This document shows positions 1-11,800 of a DNA stretch of 36,184 bases, one piece after another (the stretch's first letter is position 1; each line of letters begins with the position of its first letter). The DNA is from Hyphochytrium catenoides. Taxonomy: Eukaryota > Protista > Hyphochytriomycota. The stretch is from contig FLMG01000615.1 in NCBI GenBank assembly GCA_900088475.1, positions 1 through 36,184 of the forward strand. Direction: 5' to 3'. A model generated the notes under the pieces. It made no database searches. It saw only the letters and a program-made list of their open reading frames with translations, and was not told the DNA's origin. Both the position numbers and the translations under genes were made by a program.

Positions 1-26
<26 letters not shown>
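1..26. repeat. (TC)n microsatellite, truncated by the window edge
   Basis: Pure TC dinucleotide run. Confidence 0.95.
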
Positions 27-32
<6 letters not shown>

Positions 33-401
33 AAAAAAAGATCGTCGTACCAAGATACCAAGGTCCCATCAGAACCCAGGAGAGCAGCCCCAGCCCCCCT
101 ACCACAGCGTCCTGCCCCATGTTGACCACTGCTTCAAACACTGCTTAAAATCAGGTGCAAGTAACAGGGGTGACCCCTTCACCTCACGCCCTATTTCAAA
201 AGGTCTATCACTTTCAGTAAATAAAGGCTGTAATCAACTCGTTAAATATCCCAGATATCTCTAGTTAGGATTTATGAATCTAGCCTTGTACGGGGCTGTT
301 TATTCTGATTAGCGAATAGACAGATAGACAGAGCTTCAACTCACGGCATTTCCTCTTAAGAATCCGTCGTGGCACTGAGTGACAGCTTTTCGTGAGCTGC
401 C

Positions 402-459
402 GTAAGTGTTCTCTCCATGTCTTCCTTTCCAGACTCACTCTCTCTTCTCTCTCTTCTCT

Positions 460-499
<40 letters not shown>

Positions 500-570
500 T
501 TCTCTCTCTCATATATTCGATCCAAGAGCTCTTCTTCTGGCCTCTTTCTCTCCTTTCACCGTTCCTGCAG
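402..570 (+). other. Probable 5'-UTR intron of the acyltransferase gene, containing a (CT)n tract
   Basis: GTAAGT donor at 402, CT-rich body, CCTGCAG acceptor ending at 570, upstream of the ATG at 726. Confidence 0.5.
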
Positions 571-725
571 CATGAGGGCAGCATCAGGTCACTGACAGAT
601 CGCAGCCACTGGAGTCTCTTGAGTCTTGCTCTCTCTCTCTCCGGATGTTTCTATCTTCCCGTCTTTCATCCTGGTTCTGATGAACTGAGGCCGATTGCTG
701 ATAACAATCATATCCTTTGGATCGG

Positions 726-3437
726 ATGGGGATAAAAGAGCTTCTGCCCAGGCGGAGGCGATCCTGGAGGCCATACTTGGCAGCAGGTTTGTCCAGATCA
801 GACGTCTACTCCGCTTTCTCCTTCTCTCCCTCTCCCGTCTTGTCTCTCTTGCATCATCCTCGACCGTGTCTTCTCAGTTTACCTTTTACTCCTCTCTCTG
901 TAGCTCTCTCTGCCCCCTTTGTCTCTCTGTCTACTCTGGAGTTGACTTGTGCTTGTCTCGCTCTCTACTTGGACTGTCCGCTCTCCGTCTCCTTTCTCAT
1001 TCTTCGCCCTCGGGCTTCATCCTCTAGGTCTCTATCTCTCTTCTTCTCTCTCTGGCTACTCTCTTCCGTCTGACCCCTTTGTCTGTGCAGCGGTGGTCGC
1101 CTATCTCTCCCGACGCCAGCTGCAGTTCCTGTTCTTCATTCTCTATACGTTTTACCTCTGTGGGCCCTACGCCCTCCTGCAGCCTGACCCCATCAAATGG
1201 TGGGTGCAGCACACCCTCTGGTTCTTAGGCATAAGCCTGAGAAAGAAGGGAGATGTCCCCATTGTGAGGGATCGGAAGGTCATCTTCCTCGCCAACCATC
1301 GCTCTTGGGCAGGTCTGATAGCCTTCAAAACCCTCTCTCCTCTCTCTCTCTAATTTCTCTCTCTTTCTGTCTCCCTTTCTATCTCCCTCTCCCTCCCCCT
1401 GTCTGACTCTTTCCCGTTCTCTGCCTCTTCCTTTCAGTTAATGTCCCTCTCTCTTTCCCTCTGAGAGCCTATGCGGTATGTTTCTTGCTCCTCTTTCCAT
1501 GGCTGGCCAGCGATGTGCTCTGCCCTCATTCCTCTTTAGCCTCGGGACCCTTGGCGGCCTCAGTGATTCAATAAGAATTGGCCTCTCACTCTCACGCTGA
1601 TCTTCGTTCTCTCATCTTTGAAGCCATCTTTCGCGCGCTCGTCGCTATCTCTCGTCCTGTTTCCTCTATCGTCTCCGGCCAGTCTCCTTCATTTCTCTCC
1701 GTGATCGTCTGAGCTCGTCTATGATCTGGAAAAAGGGGAAGTTATATCTAACCTTGCTGCTGGGACAGACTTCTTCCTGCACTTCAGAGTCTTCGAGTTT
1801 GAAAATAACATTGTCTCCAGGTACGCGAGGAGTTCTCTTCCATTAAGTCTTGCCGAGGCATTCGCTACCTCTTTCCTCCCCGTTCTCTTGGTTCTTGTCA
1901 GATCACCTCTCACTCCCCTTTATAAAGAACTTCTCTCTTCGTTGTACCAATGAGCCCTGTCATCTAGTGCATGTTCATTTGCTCCATGCTTCACTGCCGG
2001 CTGCTCTGTCGGTCTCCTCCCCACCTCTCTCTCTCTTTCCCATTCTCTACTTCTATCTCTTCTCTGTCTCACTATCAACCATTGTTCTTAAGCTTTTTGC
2101 TCTTCCTCATACTCGAACTCTCAAGACTCTTCTCTTTGTATCTTAATAGCCTCCTAACGCTTTTTCTCTGCCTCAACCACCGCACGGCTCTCGTCTGTCT
2201 TCTATCGTCTGCCGCTTCCTAGAATGGCAATCGCATTCATCTTTCCCTTTATCTACTGGGGAAGTCGAGTCCACAATGCTGCTTGGTTCTTCCAGCGCGG
2301 TCAACACTCTCTCTCTTGGTTCTATGACTGGCTCGACCAGAACTTCAATGACCCTCGCCTTGCGCGGAAGGGGCTGCTGGTGTACCCTGAAGGCCATAGA
2401 AATCTTAACCCAGACCCTCTGCCTCTCAAGTCAGGAATCATCCGGGTACGAGCGGCCAAGCAAAGTTTGAAGTGGAAGCTTCTGTGTCTGTGACGTGTGT
2501 CGATCGATTCTCCCCTCTTCTTCTTTCATACGCTCCTTACTCTTTCTTGTTAGCTAAGAGCTGTAGTCTCTCTTGCCCTCGGTCTCTACATCTGGTCCCC
2601 TAATCAAAGGAACTACTATCTCTCTCCATCGCTCTTATCTCTGCGTCTCTCTCCCTCTCTTTCTTCCGTTGTTCTCTCTATCTCTCTGTCTTACATCGAA
2701 ACTCTTCTCTTACTATAACTGCGTGCCTTGGCTGCCTCGTCTTCCTGACCTGCCATGGCTGCCTCTTCTCCCTGACTTGCCATGACTGCCTCGTCTCCCT
2801 GGCTTTGACCTCTTTTCTCCTAGCGATGTCGGACGTCCCGCTCATTGTTTTTCTTTACCTAGTTCTCCTACTACGCTGCTCATCTTTCGTCTAAGGTCTG
2901 TACGCGCTTGAAAGTCCCCTCTCTGGCTTCTTTCTCTTCTCTCTTTTGACTTGATCTCCTTCAGTATGCGTACGACAGCAAGATCCCGGTTCAAATTGCT
3001 ATCACAAAGGGTAATGAGCACATTATGAATGAGAAGGCTTTGACCGTCCAGACAGGAGTGAAGGTGAGCAAGTACAGGTCCGGGAAGAAAGCCCAGCATT
3101 TTCGGAACAGAGAGAGAGAGAGAGAAAGAGAGCCAAGGCTGGAGAGAGAGCGACAGAAACAGAGAGACACACACAGATAGAGAGAAGAGGAAAGGAGAAA
3201 GAGGAAGAGACAAGAGGCGTAGAAAGCCGAGATAGAAAGGGCCTAGCGTGGCGCGACTGACCATTACCCATCCAACAGGTAGACTATGAGATATTCGAGC
3301 CAATCTACCCGGAGAACCATAGCACACCTGACGACTTCATTAAGGAGGTGCACAATCGGTTTAACGGTGCATTCCATAAAGTTTTCAAGGGTCAGGAGCA
3401 GCCTAAAGTGATGTCAAAGGAACTTTCTAGGCTATAA
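726..3437 (+). CDS. 1-acyl-sn-glycerol-3-phosphate acyltransferase-like (PlsC/LPLAT family), 6 exons, ~271 aa
   Basis: Phase-compatible GT-AG exons 726-786, 1091-1312, 1769-1820, 2223-2445, 2965-3063, 3279-3437. The spliced product has catalytic block I 'NHRSWADFF' (NHxSxxD, split by an intron), block III 'LVYPEGHR', 'LPLKSG...KIPVQI' and an N-terminal hydrophobic segment. Confidence 0.9.
2724..2804. repeat. 27-bp minisatellite, 3 copies, in intron 4 of the acyltransferase
   Basis: Unit ~tgccatggctgcctcgtctccctgact starts at 2724, 2751 and 2778. Confidence 0.85.
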
Positions 3438-3707
3438 GAAAGCCCATTGTTATAACCTTCTCTTTCTCTGGCCCAGCGTCCTGGCCATAGGTCTTGAAGA
3501 GCCTTTATATTATATTATTTTTAACAAATAGCGGAAGGAAAGAACGAGAGCAAGACGGTGCAAGAGAGAGAGACAACTAGATCTGTACAAGGTCTCCCCC
3601 CTAGGCTCTACTAGCCAAAAAGCTCGGTTTTTACAAAGAGAACAGGAAAAATGTAGTTGGGCACTGACGCGGGACTTTCCGCTAAGACCAAAGGTGTCAT
3701 CTGGTCA

Positions 3708-5526
3708 TTAGAGTTGCCATAGTTCCTGCTCCTCTGGCATGCCTTCGTCGTTCAATAAGCAGAAGCTGCAGATCGGACATTTCGTACTCTGCCGCAGCCA
3801 CTGAATACGACATAGAGCGTGCATGGCAAGAGCTTAGATTAGCGATGAAGCGACCTCCCAACCTATGCCTTGGAGGTTGCATCTACTTCTCTCCTTTTCT
3901 TTCCTTCTTTCTCTCTCTCTCTCTCTCTCTCCCTATGTGAAAAGGTTGTTCAAGCGGGCGACGTACCTCATCAATGCAGCTTTTGTGATATTTATGAAGA
4001 CAGAATAAAGCCCGCACCAATTCACCGTCTTCAAAGGCTTGACAGCAGACAGCGCATCTACATTAAGTAGAACGAAAGGCATCATGAGTGGACCAAGTCG
4101 TCAGAAGGGCAAGGCAAGGAAGAAGGGGGATAAAGTCTGTGAGGGAAACGAAGAGAAAATAAGAGAAAGAGAAGTGGTCTAGCGAGTGAAGAACAAAAAA
4201 GAGCGCTTATGTAGAAGAGAGAAGGAAAAATAAGCGTACTCTGTATTCTTGTCTTCGCTGTTCTGACGCTTTTCGTATGGAAAGGTTGGCAGAGAACTGA
4301 TCACGCCGATAGAAAGCCCTCCTTGGTCATTCATCTTCGCCATGTCTCGGCTATTTATCTCTTGAATGCGACGAAGCAACCTCAGCAAGCGCTGGCATTA
4401 GAAGAACGAGAGCGAGTGGGTTAGTGCACTCATATCAGAGGAACCGTATCTTCAAAGAGTCAAGGGAAACATGGCGAGAGGAGAGGTAAAGAGAGGCGAT
4501 GATTTGCCCTACCCTTTCCCTTTGAGGAGTTGGAGAGCCGAGGAAGGAGCTTGTTCTGGGTTCACGGAGGAAGGAAGGGCCCATGTGGTCCATTGACAGA
4601 GAGCGGGGCCTGGGAGGTGGTTGTCTTCTGATATTAGAGGGCCGGACCTCCGGAAGAGCTGTCATTCAAACAAGGAATGCAGTCAAAGATCGAAGAGTGA
4701 CATTAGTTTGCTGCATAACGACAGAGGAAAGGCGAGAAGAACAAAAACCAGCGAAAGAGAGAAAACTATGGGTCTGTAGATGAAGCATAGAGAAGAAGAG
4801 AGAAAGAGAGCCATAGAGAGAGAGAAGGGAAGGTTTCTTCGAACCAGGAGTGAAGAGACACCTGAACTCTGTCAGAGGTGGATGTAACCTTCGAGAAATG
4901 CGATTAAGAGTCAGCTGTATAGCAAAGATATTAGTCCTAGGGAAAGGGAAGGAAGAGGAGAGCAGAGAGGCTAAGATACCTTCAATGATTCCATTGGCCA
5001 CCAGCTCATCAATCTGCTCTTGCCTCTCCTGTTCTTCCGTCTCTAGCTCAGAAAAAGCCAAACGTACCAGCTCCTCTGTCTCAGCCGCATACCACTGGGT
5101 CTCGCGTAGGTTAGGCTCCATTATAGGACATATGATGGGTCTCGGTACAGACTTCGCTAAAGTCTTTGGCAATGGCGGATGGAGAGGTTGCTGGTCTTTC
5201 CTCAGAATGGGACGTTTATTCAGGGCCTGCTTTTGGATCTCTTCTCTTTGCTCAGCGAACTCATCACTTTCAAAGAACATCTGTCGATAAATCTCTGTCG
5301 TTGTCTTCTCATCCTCGGTGAACAACGGGTTCACGGGTTCACGGGTCGGGCCGCGCTGCCAGCACAGGAGACATTAACCCACGTCGACGGGAGGGGAAGC
5401 AAGCAATAAAAGAGAAGGGGTAAAAATGAGAAGAGAGAGTGAGAGAGAGAGACAGAGGAAAAGATGAAGGTTTCTCACCAGAAGCCCGCCCTTAGGATAA
5501 AGCCAGCCAGCCAGCCAACCAGGCAT
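3708..5526 (-). CDS. RING-H2 finger protein (putative E3 ubiquitin ligase), 6 exons
   Basis: Phase-compatible exons 5526-5479, 5355-4980, 4658-4513, 4391-4240, 4057-3967, 3800-3708. The C-terminus reads 'ISSLPTFPY...ECAVCCQAFEDGELVRALFCLHKYHKSCIDEWLRQSTKCPIC', a C3H2C3 RING with the conserved Trp. The RING exons are absent from the ORF track; the 5' exons are less certain. Confidence 0.88.
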
Positions 5527-5802
5527 GTTGCTTGAGACAGTCAAGGTGAGCTTGCCACCAGTTCGAGCGTCAACGTGACCTCCTCCTGAGGTTTAGAATC
5601 CCGATGAATGATCTCTAGAGTCTCTGCTGCTTCTCGCCCAACAGCCTGTGGCGAAGCACACTGTCGATAGAACTTTAACCTGTCTTCGCTAATAATGCTT
5701 CCGATGCATCAACAGAGATCTTCTACTCTACTGTACCAGCCTAGGACGTACTCCGAAAACTCTCAGAAAGGTGGGAGATCGCTGAGTAGAAGACTCTAGG
5801 AA

Positions 5803-6046
5803 GTGTTTCTTTCTCTTTTATGTCTCTCCCTCTCTCTCACTCACACTCTCTCTCTCCGTCCTCTCTCTTTCTCTTTTTCTGTCAGACACACCCTCTCTCT
5901 CACACCTCTACCTATCTCTCTCTCTCTCTCTCTCCCTCTCTCTCTCCCCCTCTCTCTGTCCCTCTCTGTCNNNNNNNNNNNNNNNNNNNNNNNNNNNNNN
6001 NNNNNNNNNNNNNNNNNNNNNNNNNNNNNNNNNNNNNNNNNNNNNN

Positions 6047-6108
<62 letters not shown>

Positions 6109-6120
6109 TCCTCTCTGCCT
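5803..6120. repeat. Compound (CT)n microsatellite surrounding an assembly gap (N 5971-6046)
   Basis: CT/CTGT runs flanking 76 Ns. Confidence 0.95.
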
Positions 6121-6857
6121 CATTTCCCGCCCTTCGTCTTTTGCCGATCAGAAGGGTCGAAAAACAGGAGAGTCAAGCGGCTTATTATCGGAAAGGACTA
6201 GGCTCCTTTTAGTTATATCTGCTTTTCGGGGCGGTTAACGATTGAATCAGAAGAGTGTACGAAAGCGCTCCACTGTCCAAGCATTTCTTAGCATGATCGA
6301 ATCACCGCATCTAGAAGCCCTTTCGCCTAATTTGAACTTTGGCCTCTTGGCCCATAAAGTCTCAGGTAGTACGTTATTCTCCTATAGTACTGGCCCATCC
6401 AATTGATTGTAATGGCGATTACATGAATAGTGGCCCGAAGCAAACCGAGCAACCTCTCTCTTATCCATGATGGAGGCAGAATGGCCCCACCCGCCCTCTA
6501 AGTGCACTCGGATAAAGCAACCCTAATCCTCACCCACCCACCCTCCAGTGCCAGTTCCCAAGTAAGATGATTGTCAAATATGTGAGGATGACCTACTAGA
6601 TCCCGCGATGTCAATAATTCTCACTATCACAAACAAGCGTTTAGGGCTTTGTTCTGCGTGCCCTTTGTAAATTGACTAATGGTATTCCGTGGTGCGTGTG
6701 AAGATGTGAAGATAACGTTTCATTGTCGACAATGCAGAGATTTCGGCAAATTACGTATCGGTATGGGCGCTCTCAACGTTTCGAAAATAAAAAAAAAAGG
6801 GGAAAGAAAGAGAGGAAAAGAGGCAGAAGAAGATTGAAGGGGTAGCAGTAATGAGCT

Positions 6858-8629
6858 ATAGAACCTCTGGCGCAGTCTCTCTCTCTTGATTACCTTGAAA
6901 CCAAGTCCTTTCCGTCAGCTCTCATACCAACATGGAAAAACGTTGAGATTGTGCCTGACCTACTACGAGATGGAACGTGGAAACGTCCTTTGACGGCCAA
7001 TATACCATTCAACAGCTTGCCATAGTGAAGACATCACTGGCAGCTCTAAGACTAAAGCAGGGCGATAGAAGGCGCGAATTAAAGCCGACAAATCCCAACA
7101 CTATACAAGGAAAAATCATGATTTTGAGCTTCACTTCGCTTTGACCGACTTCTCATGGCCAGCGCTTCTAAATTATCACAGTCGGATTCTTAAGGCGGTC
7201 CAAAACAATGTTACAGGGATGACACAGGCGCCTCTAACAGCCCATATTCGAGATACAGGGACGGTGCTTTCTTACTGTGGCCATGACACTAGGGCCCAAG
7301 TGGACAGCACTACTAATGATCGACACGAGAATAACAAGACGATGCTTTGTGGTGATGATGAATCTGTACTTCAGTCTGCAAGTATTCTGTGAATAACAAT
7401 AAAGATTTTGCTACCCCACGGCCCTCAGAAGCTAGAACTAGGGACGATGGATAGGTCTGTTGCCCCACCGGTCCTCAAGCTGTTCTCGTCTGCTGAAGGT
7501 TTCGGTAAGACTAGAGGAAGGCTAATCATCTATGCTCATCATCCGTCTTCAAAAATGATGGTTAATTTGGAACTTACAGGCAACTGGCCCTTGTCCTTAT
7601 AGATTATTGAAAATATTTGCCAAAGAAGTTAGGGAAAGAGCTCTCTTTATGAATGAAGGGGTTGACTTAGCCTAAACAAGGCTCCTTGAAGTACACACAT
7701 TCTGATGGATGACAGTGTGGTTGGACGCTGTTCTGGAATGAAAAAAGAGGAGGATGAGTTTACTATAGATTATAAACTTGAGGCGATATCCATAAGCTAT
7801 TGATTCCAGAAGTATTTTGGGGACTAACTATGCAAAGCTATCAGATGATATGCAAGAAATTGTGAGAAAGCAGAGGGATAAAAAAGCTCTAAATAGTAGA
7901 GCCACCGAGACTGAAGCGAGAGTGATACTACCTCATCGAATAAATAGTTGCCAAGAGATGACTTTGTCACAGAAGAGATTCGGCATTGATGGCCAAGCGG
8001 AAGACATTTAAAGGAAGTCCGAAAGAGGAAAGTCTTTTAGTACAGGCACCAAGTTTCTAAGCGAATTAAGGACAGTCAACGTAGGCCATGAAGTGGATGG
8101 TTCCTTCTTATCATAAGAGATAAAAAAAGTAGAAAAAGAAGAGAAAGATACGAGTCAACAATAATCAACCTTAAAGGAAGGCAGGAAGCTGGTGCCTACT
8201 CGAACGAAGAAAAGCAAGGAGGAAACAGGCTCTTTCATTCCTGACACACATTTGGGCGATACTAATAGTGGCAGTGACTAGGAGCAAGCCAAGCAGTTTG
8301 AGAGCGAAAAAAACATGGTCAGATACCATTATGATGGAGAAAGCAACGCGATGAAATGTTATTAACGGACTTAGTAGGTCGGCAAGTTGACCAGAACAAA
8401 AAGCAGGAAACATTAAAGAGGAACACGTGAGTCATGAGAAGAAATGAAGAAGCCATTTCTGCCTAGGAAGTCTGTCAAAGGGATAAGTGGAGCATTAGGT
8501 TACCAGTTAATAACACCTCAAGACTTTATCGCAAGAAATATACAGAAGAAGAACAACAGGAAGCAAACCTTCTTGATATTGGCCTGGGATGTCACAATAA
8601 CCCATCCTGTGCTTATTGATATAGGGTAG
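6858..8629 (+). pseudogene. Decayed reading frame(s), possible P-loop NTPase remnant
   Basis: ORFs 7141-7392 and 7408-7602 share one frame that stays protein-like from ~7022 to ~7630, broken only by isolated stops; contains 'LFSSAEGFGKTR' (Walker A-like). Further fragments at 7817-8011 and 8444-8629. No family recognised. Confidence 0.3.
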
Positions 8630-8879
8630 TCTTCTCCAGGCAACTTTCCTCGTATATTAGGTGATACTCACCTCCTACGCTGCTGCGGTGGCGTCAGTGG
8701 TGAGCATATTTGAGGGTATTATAGACAGATGTTAGATGTGCAATAATGGTCAGGGTCTGCTATCCTTCTTGAGTAAAATTGGGGCGATACGAACTCCAAC
8801 ATTTGATAGCAGTGAGATTAATAGAGCTGTAGTAGATTGACCGGTGGCAACAGATACATACTTGAGATCACTTATCTAC

Positions 8880-11800
8880 TTATCTGCTCACCTGATCATG
8901 AGGCGTGCCATCCTGCCGCTGCCTCCAGTCTGCCAGCAAATTTTTGCAAGTTTCGCAGTCGCATTCTGCCGATTCCTTGTACCGTTGAGTTCCTCCAGTT
9001 CTACCCCATAATGCATCGTCATTCCGAGGTGCGCGTTGCTCCTCTGGGACTTGACAGGGTGACGACCCCTGGCGGACTTGAACCCCAAAGCGGTGCATGT
9101 CCTTCCACGTCCCAAGAGTAAGGTAGTGCCCACACTTACCGCACCTCCTTGGTAGCTTGGCCTTCCTGGTCCGACGTCTAGGTGCTCTCCTCTGTTCTTC
9201 TGCTGCCGTCTCAGCATCATCTTCAACACGAGGCCTCTTTTGTCCCCCAAGAAGAGCCTGATATTGTGCTTCTCTATTTCCACGAGCCTTCGCTAAAGCT
9301 TCGCCACTAGCTGGGAGATCTCGAATCAACTCTGCAGAACCTCCTGGAGCTTCCTCCCCAGTATCAGGTATGAATAGGTTGCCTTCTTCTCCTTCCTCTA
9401 CGACGAGATACACTGTAGCGTCAGGAAAATCAGGGGCTTCTGTCATGTTTGACGTACTTAGTCCTTTTTGAGCTTCATGGTGTGAGATGGTCCTTGCGAG
9501 AGTTCTCCGGATGTTCTCCCGACTCAAGTACTCAGTGAAGTACGCCTTAAGCAGGCCTGGTGTCTTAGGGTATGTCTCTTTGCCTCTTGCTGCGTCTTGA
9601 TGCAGGGATTGATTCCACCACCTGGCAAACTCCTCGGCGTCTAACCGCACTAGGTTTGGAAGCCGATGTGACTGGCGAGTAGGACGAAAGGACAGAAAGG
9701 AGCCCTCTTTAAGCTTCTCGTCAAACTTTCTCTTTTCATCCTCGGTTCGCACTGGCCTTGGCAAAAGATATACGCCGGTGGGATCTTGGGGAAGATGTTG
9801 GAGCTGAACTCTAACCTCTTGGAACAGAAGATTCTCTTCTCCGATGTGAAAAGGATCCATCACATGGTTGCCTACCCCTCCGGCAACGGGCAAGGCAGGG
9901 CCTGCATTTGGACCTTGTCCTCTGGGGGCATTCACATTTGTGGGATTTATGACATACTCCATATTCTCCTGACTTTCCCTGATGAAAGCTGTCCCTTTCC
10001 AGTCCTGGAATAGCCGATCTGTCGGGCGCTGGTAGAAACCATGGCTCAATATCTGCATTTCTTCTACCATATGGACTTCTGAGAACCCTTGATAGCGTGA
10101 GCTTAGCTTTCCTACCTTGACCATGGCGTTTAGATTCCATCGAAAATCAAACTCTCGAAGACAGAGAATAGCCACCTTGTGGTGCAGCGGTTGCCATCTA
10201 GGAGTCGACGCAAGTGCTTATGATAGCCCTCAAGATCGCTTGTCCCACGGCAGCATCTAAAAGTAGGAATGCCCCTAGAGTCAATGGCCAATCTAATGTA
10301 GAGCTGCACATCTTCGAGGTCGGAGATGCATCCCTGTAGGGCGTGCTCTTTGAGCAAAGCAAACGCCAACCGAGCCTCTTGACTAAAAAGCGGTTTCAGC
10401 GTAGCTGCATCCACAACGTCCTCCATTGCCTATGAGGGGAAAAGGAAAGGATCGTAAGGCACCCAAATTGAAGTACAAGTACGACTAGAAGATCTGAAGA
10501 ATGGCAAGGACTAACCTTCCCTATTTTGTCTAGCCTGCGGTATAGCTGCGGTGGAGGAGGAATGATTCTACGGACACGATCGAGAAAATAGCTGTAGTCT
10601 TCCTTGTACATCTTCTCCACTTCTGCATCAGTTTTCCCTGAACGGATTAGAAGCCTTTTGATAACGTCAATATCCCCTCTGTTAGGGATATAGATTGCAT
10701 CGCGTAGAAGAGCCATGAAGGTGGGTTTTGCGCCGTGTCCACTTGATAGCATTGTCTCAATCCTTTGGAATAAATGCAGGCAATCTTGTTTGACCCGATT
10801 GAAGTCTGCTTGCCCCATGGGCTGCGGAATCACGCCATCGTCCTCGGCTGGCCTAAAGTCCTCTGGCAAATGATCGAGGAACTCTAGCTCGGGGTCTGTC
10901 ATTCGTCCGTGATCTTCGGCTGGTTCATGCGCTGGCTCCTGCACTGGCTCCCCACGCGGCTGGTTTGGATTGGCCTGACCAGGGAAAGCGTCTGGGTTTC
11001 TTCTTTCCGCGTCATGATACTGGTGGCGTAGGACTCGCACTCTAGAGAGAGGCCACATACTAAGATACTTTCTCTTTCAATTTCCTCAACCGTGAGATTT
11101 TGGGCCGCATACAATGGTAGGATGGCGTTAGGGCACCGTGACTTGACTACCTTAGCCAGCACAACCTCCCTTAGCTCAGCTGCAAGATTACGTCTCAATA
11201 TCTCCGGAATGTCGCGGAACCTTCTATTGCCTGGACCTCTTGTACATCTGCCTCGAGAGGTGCCTGGCGGTCGTGGCCTTCGTCAGCTGGTAGGTCGACA
11301 AAGAGCTCTGCATCCGCGACGTGTCGGTTTCCTACAAGATCATAGAGCTGAACAATTTGTCTCTGCTGCTGTATCTCCAGGACCTGTTCGACTGTCAGAG
11401 GAACGACTTCCATGTCTTTCAGCGCCAAATGAAGTGCAAGCCCCGCATACAAGTCAAGGGCTAGCGCCTCCAGCTGCATTTGAGACAACGATCCTTCACT
11501 CCAAGCGCTGCAAATCACCTCCCTTGGCACAATGTAAGAGCAGTGCAATAGCTCTAGAAAGGCTTGTTCTAGGTTATATCCTCGTCGACGGGCGACAGAA
11601 GTGACATCTAGAAGAGATCTCATCTCCATACCGTGGTCAGCCTTTAAATAGTTGGCGTGGCGAGTAAGGTCCAGTCCCACCTTCACCACATCCGGATTCT
11701 CTATGACGGTAATCCTAAGATGCTCTAACAAGTGCGCACTCAACATTGAAAGTCGAATGACCGCAACCCTGTATGCCGAATCCCGATGATTATTGACCGC

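Noticed and set aside
280-735. ORFs rich in ER or LS dipeptides (also 5803-6212, 24923-25546, 34435-34969)
   Set aside because: Translations of (CT)n/(GA)n microsatellites.
4659-4979. In-frame TGA between ORFs 4666-5334 and 4435-4665, suggesting read-through or selenocysteine
   Set aside because: A single phase-compatible GT-AG intron (4659-4979) removes the stop.
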